NCBI GenBank assembly: GCA_963815215.1
Contig: CAWFFU010000010.1
Span: forward strand, 64,001 to 128,000
Origin: an uncultured Trueperaceae bacterium
Lineage (GTDB): Bacteria > Deinococcota > Deinococci > Deinococcales > Trueperaceae
Direction of reading: 5' to 3'
Length of the DNA stretch: 64,000 nt
A program made the position numbers and the translations under genes. A model generated the notes under the pieces. It was not told the origin of the DNA. It did no database searches and worked only from the letters and a program-made list of their open reading frames with translations. Below are positions 56,280-64,000 of this stretch, piece by piece (position 1 is the first letter of the stretch; every line of letters begins with the position of its first letter).

Positions 56280-58271
56280 ATGCCCCCCCTACGCCGCCAA
56301 CGAGGCTTCGCCATGGTCACGGCGCTCCTGTTCGTCGCCGTGCTGTCGATCCTGACCGGGATGGTCGCGCTGTTCGCCGTCAACAACGCTCGCCACACCA
56401 AGTCCAACGTTCTGATCAGCAGGACGCTGGCCGTAGCGCAGGGCGCCCGGAACCTGGGCGCCGCCTTGCTCAGCCAGACCATCAGCAAGCAGCTCGGCAA
56501 CGAGATCGACGCCGAGGCGCAGTCGGGCACCCTCGGCGGCAACGGCACCTGGGTGTTCGACCCGACCAACACGCAACAGAACTCTGCGACACCCGATCCG
56601 AACGCGGTGATCGGGAACCTGCAGACGCTGGCGACGAACCTCCAGCAGGGCCTTTCGGACGGCGGCTGCTACGGTCCGTACGCACTGTCCAGCGGCGAGC
56701 AGATCCTGATACGCGTCACCTTCACCGGGGCCCTGCCCAAGTGTGACGGCAGTGGCACCTCCACCAGCGTGAAGATCGGCTACGGGCGCTTCCTGAGCGG
56801 CTCGCGCTCGAGCACCCAGTCGTACACGTTGCCCTACGTGATGGTGGTCTCGGGCGTCGAGGGCAGCGCCAAGCGCACGTTGACGCTCACGGGCCAGTAC
56901 AACTTCGACGTGGGCAACGGCAGCTTCTCGCGCTACGCCCTGTTCACCGACTCCGAGCAAGTGGCGAGCGGCAGCTACAACTTCCTGACGGGCGCGTACC
57001 TGTTCGACGGCCCGGTCCACACCAACGGTAATTTCGCCTTCTATGGCAACCAGTACGACAAGAACACTCCGGGAACGGGGCAGCCGTACTTCTTCGGGAA
57101 GGTCGGCAGTGCAGGGGTCACGGACCACGGGACGCCGGGCGCGTACTTCTTGCCTTCGAACGGTGGGTATGCGCGGTTCCGGAATCCGAGCCAGCTCGCG
57201 ACGCCTTCCTACCGCGGCACGACCCCGAGCTTCCAGAAGGGCGTCGACTGGCAGGCCCCCAACATCCCGCTCCCGACCAATGACACGGACCAGGCGGCCG
57301 GCGCCAAGAGCAACGGGCTGTACATCAACGGCGGCGTCGCCTCGATCCAGCTCTTCGCCGGCGACGATGCCGGCAACACGCTGGTACAGGACCCGCAGAC
57401 GAAGGCGTGGCAGCCGGCGGCCGGCGCCACCGCCACCGTCTACCAGTACATCAAGGTGTGCGCCACCGCCACCAAGTGCAGCCTGTACCGCTCCTACGTC
57501 GACCCGGCAACCAACAACAAGGTCCTGGCGCTTCAGCAGAGCGACGGTACCTGGCTCGACCAGGTCTCGCCCTTCAACGGCGTGATCTACGCCAAGGGGA
57601 ACGTCGCGTCGTTCAGCGGCCCGGCCCGTCCCGTCGGCGCCACCGACGCCAGCACCACGCCGCCCGCGGTCGCCGCCTTCTCGCAACTCGACCTGGTCAG
57701 CAGCCTGGACGTGCGCGTGACGGGTGACCTCAAGTATCAGGACCCGGTGTGTGACGGCACCCTGCATCGCGACCCCGCGACGGGCACACCGATCCGGCCG
57801 ACCTGCCAGAACGACCCGGCGGCCGTGCAGAACGTGCTCGGTATCTACGCTTCGGGCACGGGCGGCGGCCAGGCGAGCTGCAGCTTCCCGCAGGGGACGG
57901 GCTCGAATGGCAAGGGCAACGTCTGCTTCGGCTACAGCTTCAGCGATCCTTCGCTGAGCGCGCCCTCCAACCTCGAGGTCGACGCCAGCATCATGGCGGC
58001 GAACAAGGTCGACATGGAGCACTACGCGACCGCTCCCGTCCGGGGCACGCTGTCGATCCTCGGCGGCGTCATCACCAAGTACGACGGCGTGTTCGGCGTG
58101 TTCAACCCGTACAGCGGAGCGCAGCTCAACGGCGTGCTGCCGCGCTTCACCTACGACCCGCGCTTCGACAACGGCCTGGCGCCGCCGCTGTTCCCCCAGG
58201 CCGGGCAGCCCAAGTTGACGGGCACGGTGGCTCCGATCATCTACAGCCAGACCGAGCAGGTGGCGAACTGA
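56280..58271 (+). CDS. Large PilX/ComZ-like pilin (DUF4900-like), cluster 1
   Basis: RG|FAMVT lacking Glu5; 'YALFTD', 'FDGPVHTN', 'FNGVIYA', 'FTYDPR'. Confidence 0.8.
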   Translation: MPPLRRQRGFAMVTALLFVAVLSILTGMVALFAVNNARHTKSNVLISRTLAVAQGARNLGAALLSQTISKQLGNEIDAEAQSGTLGGNGTWVFDPTNTQQNSATPDPNAVIGNLQTLATNLQQGLSDGGCYGPYALSSGEQILIRVTFTGALPKCDGSGTSTSVKIGYGRFLSGSRSSTQSYTLPYVMVVSGVEGSAKRTLTLTGQYNFDVGNGSFSRYALFTDSEQVASGSYNFLTGAYLFDGPVHTNGNFAFYGNQYDKNTPGTGQPYFFGKVGSAGVTDHGTPGAYFLPSNGGYARFRNPSQLATPSYRGTTPSFQKGVDWQAPNIPLPTNDTDQAAGAKSNGLYINGGVASIQLFAGDDAGNTLVQDPQTKAWQPAAGATATVYQYIKVCATATKCSLYRSYVDPATNNKVLALQQSDGTWLDQVSPFNGVIYAKGNVASFSGPARPVGATDASTTPPAVAAFSQLDLVSSLDVRVTGDLKYQDPVCDGTLHRDPATGTPIRPTCQNDPAAVQNVLGIYASGTGGGQASCSFPQGTGSNGKGNVCFGYSFSDPSLSAPSNLEVDASIMAANKVDMEHYATAPVRGTLSILGGVITKYDGVFGVFNPYSGAQLNGVLPRFTYDPRFDNGLAPPLFPQAGQPKLTGTVAPIIYSQTEQVAN

Positions 58272-58336
58272 CGGATGCGGTTCCCGGAACGCCGCGAAGG
58301 CGGCCGGGTTCTCATGGTTCGGTGCGTGTACTACGT

Positions 58337-58383
58337 GGATCGGAGGGGCTGCCGGCTCCGTGCGCCGGCGGCCCCTCCGATCC
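58337..58383. terminator. 20-bp hairpin between convergent pilin cluster 1 and MFS gene
   Basis: GGATCGGAGGGGCTGCCGGC / GCCGGCGGCCCCTCCGATCC with one wobble. Confidence 0.7.
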
Positions 58384-58421
58384 TTGGCCGGTGATCCCGC
58401 CCGATGCGCACGAGACGGTGC

Positions 58422-59720
58422 TCAGGACTCGGTCCCGGCGGCCGTCATCGGCCGCTCACGTGCCCGGCGGATGTCGCCGCGATGCGGACGCAGGCTGAGG
58501 GTGGCGACCAGCCCGAGCACACCCAGCGTGAACAGGCCGGTGCGGACCCCCAGGTGGCCGGCGAGCTGCGTGGCGAGCAACGCGCCGAACGGGATCAGGC
58601 CGGCGAACACCAGCATGTAGACGCTCATGGCGCGCCCGCGCAGGGCGTCGGGCACCATCAACTGCACGGTGGCCTGGGCGTTGACCATGGTGAGGATCAT
58701 CCCCAGGCCGCACGCGACCAGCACCAGCGCGGCCGTCCACAGGTTGGGCGCGAGCGTGAACAGCAGGAACGATACGCCCAGCACCAGCACGCCGCGCCGC
58801 ATCAGCATGAGGCGGGCCTCGTCCGGGAAGGCGGCGTTGATCACGAAGGCGATGAAGGCGCCGATGCCCAGGCTGGAGAGCAGCAGACCCAGACTGCCGA
58901 CCGTGCCGTGCAGCGCCTGGCGCGCGAACAGCGGCACGATGGTCTGGAAGTTGACGATGGTGAGGGAGAGGGCACCGACCAGGAGCGTGGCGATCCGCAC
59001 CTCCGGGGTGCGCCAGGTGAACCTGAGGCCCTCCCGGATCTCGCTCACGATGTGATGGGGCACGATGGTGCGGTTCGGTAGGGGAGCCAGCGCCAGCACG
59101 ACGATGACGCCGAGGTAGGAGGTGGCATTGATGGCGAAGGCGGGCCCGTAGCGCAGCAGCGACGCATGCCCCAGCAGATGACCGAACAGCCCGATGGCGC
59201 CGGCGGCCACCACCGGTCCCAGCAGACGTGCCAGGTTGAACGACAGCGAGTTGAGGGCGACGGCGTTGCGCACGTCGTCGCGCGGGACCAGATCGGGGAT
59301 CAGGCTCTGGCGCGCCGGCGTGTCGAAGGTGCCGGCGATGCCGTTGAATGCCGCCAGCACCAGCAGCCAGCCGTAGGTCAGCGCCCCGGTGAGGGTCAGC
59401 ACCGCCATCGTCGCGGCCGACAGGGCCAGCGCGCTCTGGGTGGTAAGCAATACGTGCTTGCGGGAGCGAGCATCGATGACCACGCCCGCGAACAGCCCGA
59501 GCACCAGCGTCGGGGCGAACTGGATGGCGCCGACGTAGCCGAATTTGAGCGCGGCCTCCGTGGGATCGGGGATCAAGTCGAACACCAGCCATGACTGCGC
59601 CGTGATCTGCATCCACGAGCCGACGACGCTGGCCAGCTGCGCCAGCCAGTAGCGCCGGAAGAAGCGGTGCCTGAGCGCGTCCAGCGAGTGCGGGAAACGG
59701 CCGATGATGGGGCGCGCCAT
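58422..59720 (-). CDS. MFS transporter (EntS/MFS_3-like)
   Basis: 'GSWMQITAQSWLV', 'PARQSLIPDLV...NAVALNS', 'LRGRAMS'. Confidence 0.9.
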   Translation of the reverse strand: MARPIIGRFPHSLDALRHRFFRRYWLAQLASVVGSWMQITAQSWLVFDLIPDPTEAALKFGYVGAIQFAPTLVLGLFAGVVIDARSRKHVLLTTQSALALSAATMAVLTLTGALTYGWLLVLAAFNGIAGTFDTPARQSLIPDLVPRDDVRNAVALNSLSFNLARLLGPVVAAGAIGLFGHLLGHASLLRYGPAFAINATSYLGVIVVLALAPLPNRTIVPHHIVSEIREGLRFTWRTPEVRIATLLVGALSLTIVNFQTIVPLFARQALHGTVGSLGLLLSSLGIGAFIAFVINAAFPDEARLMLMRRGVLVLGVSFLLFTLAPNLWTAALVLVACGLGMILTMVNAQATVQLMVPDALRGRAMSVYMLVFAGLIPFGALLATQLAGHLGVRTGLFTLGVLGLVATLSLRPHRGDIRRARERPMTAAGTES

Positions 59721-59840
59721 GACCGCCCAGCATACTTCCGATCGGTAGCGAAGTGGGTGCGCCACGGCGCCGCGCCGCCTCGGGTGAGCGGAGGCGTTCC
59801 CCGAGGCGCGTGGGTTCAGCTCTGCATCGTCAGGGACGCT

Positions 59841-59896
59841 TTATCATGAGCGAATATGAAAACCGTGAGAATCTTGTAAGAACCCGCAGCTATCAT
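59841..59896 (+). promoter_or_regulatory. AT-rich imperfect direct repeats and TATCAT -10 candidate upstream of pilin cluster 2
   Basis: ATGAAAA 59856, GTGAGAA 59865, GTAAGAA 59876; TATCAT 59891-59896. Confidence 0.4.
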
Positions 59897-59906
59897 GGTT
59901 ACAGCT

Positions 59907-60395
59907 ATGGACTCTACCCGTCTCCCGTCTCGCCTGAGCCGACGCACCGCTGCGTTCAGCCTGATCGAGTTCCTCATCCTCCTGGCGATCCTGGGCTTGA
60001 TCGCCGGCGTCGTGGTCGTCAGCGGCCGGCGTGTCCTCGCCGGCCAGGACGAGAAGGCGGCCCTCACCTCGGTGCGCCAGAGCGTGTGGGAGGGGGCGAC
60101 GGCCGCGGCTTCGCGCGGGGTCGACACCGTGTTGGTTCGCACCGCGACCGGGCTGGCGGTGCGCGAAGTAGGGGGTACCACCGATCTCAGGACGTTCGCG
60201 CTCCCCGCGTCGGTGACGACCAACCTGCCTGCGGCTTCCGGCGCGTCCGGCACGGTGGTGTTGAGGTTCACGCCTCCAGGTCGCGTCGACCTCGCCACGC
60301 TCCAGGCCCTGCCTTCGCCGCTCACGCTGACCGTCAATGGACATACCTACAAGCTCCAGGTCTCCATCATCGGAGAGGTCAAGGCGACGTCGTGA
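59907..60395 (+). CDS. Type IV minor pilin (FimT/GspH-like), cluster 2
   Basis: AA|FSLIEFLILL; 'LRFTPPG', 'VSIIGEV' parallel to cluster 1 gene 1. Confidence 0.83.
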   Translation: MDSTRLPSRLSRRTAAFSLIEFLILLAILGLIAGVVVVSGRRVLAGQDEKAALTSVRQSVWEGATAAASRGVDTVLVRTATGLAVREVGGTTDLRTFALPASVTTNLPAASGASGTVVLRFTPPGRVDLATLQALPSPLTLTVNGHTYKLQVSIIGEVKATS

Positions 60396-60868
60396 GACGC
60401 ACGGCGGCCACCCGGGGCCTGACGGTCATCGAGGTGCTCATCGCGCTGGCCGTGATCGGCGTGATCACTGCGACCTTCACCACAACGGTGGTCTCCACCC
60501 TCCACCACTCCTCGGTCACGGGCGCCCGCACCGAGGCGGTGCAGGTCCTCAACTACCTGGGGCGCCGCGCCGCCGGGGGCGACACGGTGGTCCTCCCGGC
60601 AGCCGGAACGCCCAACACCTGGGCCTACGGTTCCCTGGCGTCCACCTTCCCCGACCTCACCAACCAGGGGGGTCTGACCGATCCCGCACGCTACCGGGCA
60701 GCCATCACCAACGCCGGCACTGTCACGCTCGCGGGAGCCAGCTCCGTCGAGTACGACGTCAACGTGTGCTACCAGGCCGGGGGCGGGGAGCACTGCGTGC
60801 AGGCCACCACACTGGGTCCGGCGCCCTCGTCCGGCGGCAGCACGCCGCTGCTGCCGGGGATCTACTAG
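60392..60868 (+). CDS. Type IV minor pilin (PilV/GspI-like), cluster 2
   Basis: RG|LTVIEVLIAL; C-terminal 'YDVNVCY..GG..C' matches 'YNIKVCW..GG..C' of cluster 1. Confidence 0.85.
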   Translation: MRRTAATRGLTVIEVLIALAVIGVITATFTTTVVSTLHHSSVTGARTEAVQVLNYLGRRAAGGDTVVLPAAGTPNTWAYGSLASTFPDLTNQGGLTDPARYRAAITNAGTVTLAGASSVEYDVNVCYQAGGGEHCVQATTLGPAPSSGGSTPLLPGIY

Positions 60869-60876
60869 GAGCTGCG

Positions 60877-61764
60877 ATGCGACGATCCAGTGGTTTCACC
60901 CTCCTCGAGGCGCTCATCGCGTTGGCGATCTTCTCGCTGATCGCCGTCATGGCGACGACCGGCGTTTCCGGGGCGCTGCGCGCCCAGAGCCTCAACGAAG
61001 CGGTGGTGTCCTCGCAGTCGCGCCTCCGACGCGTCACCGAGGTGTTCACGCAGGAGCTGCGCAGCGCGGTGCTGGGCGGCGTCTCGAACGCCCCCTACCC
61101 CTCGAACGACCATCAGGTCTCGTTCGTCACCCTCAACGGCGGCGCCGGCGACCCGGTGACGCCGCATGACTCCGGCCACAACGCCAGCTTCTCCAACGCG
61201 GCGAACTTCGATCTGCTGTGGGGCGACACCGCAGTCGACCCGGCCACGGTGCTCACCGGGCATCACGTGCTGCTGGTGAACGACAACGGCGAGGCGATCG
61301 TGTTCAAGGTCACCAACGTCACCCTCCAGGGCACCGGGACCTACAACGTGGTCCATGCGGGTTGCAGCAACACCATCGCCTACACCGACAGCCGAACCAT
61401 GAGCATGCAGAGCCGCGCCATCGGGTTCCGCTTCGATGCCGCCAGCGGCACCCTGTACATGACCGAGGGCTCGGATCCCGAGGTGCCGGTGGCGTTCGAT
61501 CTCAGCTCCGTGAAGATCCAGTACGTCTACGTCACCGGCACCGGCGGCACCGTGGTGCGCACCACGCCGCTGACCAGCAGCACCGGGCAACCGGTGCGCA
61601 CGGGGACCATCGGCGGGCAGCCGGCCACGCTGCAGAGGATCGGCATCGCGGTGTCCGGGTCCAATCGCGCTAATGGCAGGCAGGTCGCCCGCACCGTCAG
61701 TAGCCAGGTCGAGATGGCCTCCAGGCACAGCTTCACGATCAACCAGGTGACGATATGCAACTGA
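60877..61764 (+). CDS. Type IV minor pilin (PilW/GspJ-like), cluster 2
   Basis: SG|FTLLEALIAL; 'TQELRSA', 'PYPSNDHQVSF'. Confidence 0.85.
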   Translation: MRRSSGFTLLEALIALAIFSLIAVMATTGVSGALRAQSLNEAVVSSQSRLRRVTEVFTQELRSAVLGGVSNAPYPSNDHQVSFVTLNGGAGDPVTPHDSGHNASFSNAANFDLLWGDTAVDPATVLTGHHVLLVNDNGEAIVFKVTNVTLQGTGTYNVVHAGCSNTIAYTDSRTMSMQSRAIGFRFDAASGTLYMTEGSDPEVPVAFDLSSVKIQYVYVTGTGGTVVRTTPLTSSTGQPVRTGTIGGQPATLQRIGIAVSGSNRANGRQVARTVSSQVEMASRHSFTINQVTICN

Positions 61765-63632
61765 GGACACGTGAACACGGGGTCGCCATGCTCTACGCGT
61801 TGCTGCTGATGGTGGTGGTGATGGGGGTCGCCACGCTGATGTTCGCCCGCACGCTGGGCGAGATCAAGCACAGCGGCGACGACGCCGGCATCGTGCAGTC
61901 GCTGATGCTGGCGCGCGGCGCCGCCAACCTCGGCGGGACCGTCCTGCAGCAGCCCGTGCGCAACGCGCTGCAGGCGATCGTCCAGAGTCAGTCGAGCACC
62001 AGCTCGCAGTGGTCGTTCGGCACCAGCTCGGTCAAGGCCACGGTCCCGGATCCCATCAGCGTCATGAACGCGCTGAGCGTGGGATCGGGGAGCGTCGCGG
62101 GATTGTTGCAGCAACAGATCGACAGCATGGTGTGCGGGCAGTCGGTCGATGCAGCCTCCGGGGGCTCGGGGTCGATGCGGATCTACGTCACCGCCCAGGC
62201 CTGCGGCCAGTCGTTGCCCACGAACGTGACCCTGCCGGCCGCACACTTCGTGACGGGCCTGCCGAGGTCCGGCAGCAACACCGACACCGAGCAGACCTAC
62301 GCGCTGCCGTTCGTGCTGGTCGCCGACGGCGCCGTGGGCTCCTACAACCGCAACGTAGTCATCCAGGGCGAGTACGACTTCATCGTTGGACGGCCGAGCT
62401 TCGCCAAGTACGCGTTGTTCACCAACGTGCACGAGCTCCCGCACAACGGCGGCGACGTGTGGTTCACCGATAACACGCTGTTCGATGGTCCTGTGCACAC
62501 CAACCAGTACTTCCGCTTCTATCACAAGCCCTGGTTCGGCGGTTTGGTCACCAGCGCCGGATGCTCGAACCCCGGCTCCGCCGACTGCAACGGCAACCCC
62601 ACCAGGATCGGCGCCGATTTCTACGACGAAGGCTTCGTCCACGATCCGGGCCCGACCCCGTCGTACAGCAACGGCTACGGCACGCACGCGCCCGAGCTGG
62701 CGGCCGGGGTGGACTGGAGCAGCGGCTACGTGCAGCTTCCTCAACGGTCGAACGATCAGCAGAGCGCGGCGCAGGCGGACGGGCTGGACTTCGGCGGCGA
62801 TCTGTCCTACCTCCAGATGTGGGCGGCCGACGCCAGCGGCGACCCGTTGACCAAGGACGCCAGCGGCAACTGGGGACCCGCGGCCACCTACCAGTACATC
62901 CAGGCGTGCACCAGCAGCTGCACGGTCTATCGCTACGGAAGTGACAACGTACTCTACGAGCAGAGGAAGAACGGGAGCTGGAAGCTGGTCCAGGCCGCCT
63001 TCAACGGCGTCATCTACGCCAACGGCAACATCGATCGCTTCACCGGGCCCTCCCGCACGCCGTCGAACAGCTCGGACCCGGCGGACGCACCTCCGGCCCT
63101 CGCCTCGTTCGCGCAGGTCACGGTGGCTTCCGAGAACACCACCCGGATCACCGGCGACCTGACCTACGAGAACCAGCCCTGCCAGGGCGAGCTGCACCGC
63201 GACAGCAAAGGCCAGGTCGTGCCGGCGACGTGCAACAATCTCGACGCCTCGAACGTGCTGGGCGTGTACGCGCAGGGCGGCGACGTGCTCATCGGGAACG
63301 ACAACAATCACTCGAGCTACAACGCTCCCAAGAACGTGACGGTCGACGGCGTGCTGATGAGCGCGAGGGGGACCGTGAGCGTCGAGTGGTACAACTACGG
63401 CTCGCCGCGAGGCGACGTCCACCTGCTCGGCGGCGTCATCGAGTACGACTACGGTGCGTTCGGAACGTTCGATGCCAACACCGGCCAGGACAGCTCCGGC
63501 TACAGCCGCAAGTTCACTTACGACCCGCGCATGGGCAAGGGCCTGGCGCCGCCCCATTTCCCGACGGTCGGCGGCGACGAGGTGAAGAACGTCAGCCTCT
63601 TCACCTACGGCCAGCGCGAACAGGTCTACTGA
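61755..63632 (+). CDS. Large PilX/ComZ-like pilin (DUF4900-like), cluster 2
   Basis: HG|VAMLY lacking Glu5; 'YALFTN', 'FDGPVHTN', 'FNGVIYA', 'FTYDPR'. Confidence 0.8.
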   Translation: MQLRTREHGVAMLYALLLMVVVMGVATLMFARTLGEIKHSGDDAGIVQSLMLARGAANLGGTVLQQPVRNALQAIVQSQSSTSSQWSFGTSSVKATVPDPISVMNALSVGSGSVAGLLQQQIDSMVCGQSVDAASGGSGSMRIYVTAQACGQSLPTNVTLPAAHFVTGLPRSGSNTDTEQTYALPFVLVADGAVGSYNRNVVIQGEYDFIVGRPSFAKYALFTNVHELPHNGGDVWFTDNTLFDGPVHTNQYFRFYHKPWFGGLVTSAGCSNPGSADCNGNPTRIGADFYDEGFVHDPGPTPSYSNGYGTHAPELAAGVDWSSGYVQLPQRSNDQQSAAQADGLDFGGDLSYLQMWAADASGDPLTKDASGNWGPAATYQYIQACTSSCTVYRYGSDNVLYEQRKNGSWKLVQAAFNGVIYANGNIDRFTGPSRTPSNSSDPADAPPALASFAQVTVASENTTRITGDLTYENQPCQGELHRDSKGQVVPATCNNLDASNVLGVYAQGGDVLIGNDNNHSSYNAPKNVTVDGVLMSARGTVSVEWYNYGSPRGDVHLLGGVIEYDYGAFGTFDANTGQDSSGYSRKFTYDPRMGKGLAPPHFPTVGGDEVKNVSLFTYGQREQVY

Positions 63633-63651
63633 GGTCCGGTCCTTCCGGAGA

Positions 63652-63685
63652 GCGTGGGGCGGCGAGAGCACTCGCCGCCCCACGC
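63652..63685 (+). terminator. 15-bp perfect hairpin after pilin cluster 2
   Basis: GCGTGGGGCGGCGAG-AGCA-CTCGCCGCCCCACGC. Confidence 0.7.
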
Positions 63686-63837
63686 GGTTCGCACTCGCGG
63701 GGGTCGTCCCGGGCCGTCGACCTGTGAACCGTCACGCGGCCGCCGACGGACCGCAGCTATGCTGGGCCAACGGAGCTCCGGATGGAGGTTGTGGCCGGTA
63801 GGGCGTGGGGTCGCCTCGGCGCATCGGGAGGTGGACG

Positions 63838-64000
63838 GTGGTCGTGAGGCGCAACAGGCGTCCGGTCCTTGTGGTGATGGCCCTTGCCATGGTGGTGGCG
63901 TTGGCCGCAGGAGGGTGTGGGCCGTCGCAGCGCGAGCGCGACCTGCGGGAGTCGAACCGGGTGCTCGAGGATCAGGTGAACGTCCTGAAGGGGGACGTCG
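63838..64000 (+). CDS. Partial lipoprotein with coiled-coil (runs off the window; absent from ORF track)
   Basis: RBS GGGAGG, GTG; my translation MVVRRNRRPVLVVMALAMVVALAAGGCGPSQRERDLRESNRVLEDQVNVLKGDV; lipobox AGGC. Confidence 0.65.
   Translation, partial: MVVRRNRRPVLVVMALAMVVALAAGGCGPSQRERDLRESNRVLEDQVNVLKGDV

Overview
This 64 kb window is very GC-rich, densely coding bacterial chromosome of mostly metabolic and accessory genes. By inference it is Deinococcota (Truepera-like), based on DUF4900/ComZ-type minor-pilin operons and several TANNNT-N6-8-start leaderless-style genes. I saw no rRNA, tRNA, CRISPR array, transposase or phage gene. In order it contains: (1) a TetR/nitroreductase divergon with a palindromic operator; (2) an S8 lipoprotein protease; (3) a MalT-like STAND-LuxR regulator, a phased TCACC array, a 91-aa protein and a DUF4386-like protein; (4) two mirror-image hydrolase plus peptide-ABC arms, both lacking ATPases; (5) beta-propeller proteins, a Zn peptidase, a PAS-GAF-GGDEF cyclase behind a chain of mini-uORFs, and a cytochrome c; (6) a five-gene Mo-bisPGD operon (FeS-NrfD fusion, catalytic subunit with no Tat signal, TorD-like chaperone, TauE, DUF1634-like protein); (7) oxidoreductases, a complete four-enzyme hydroxyproline catabolic set, a CLC protein, a P450, a PHP phosphatase and a C1 protease; (8) two paralogous four-gene type IV minor-pilin (tip) operons with different upstream elements. 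The best candidates for undescribed systems are the duplicated pilus-tip modules, the cytoplasm-facing molybdoenzyme operon and the STAND-LuxR/TCACC/small-protein module. All family calls come from reading motifs by eye; no database searches were run.
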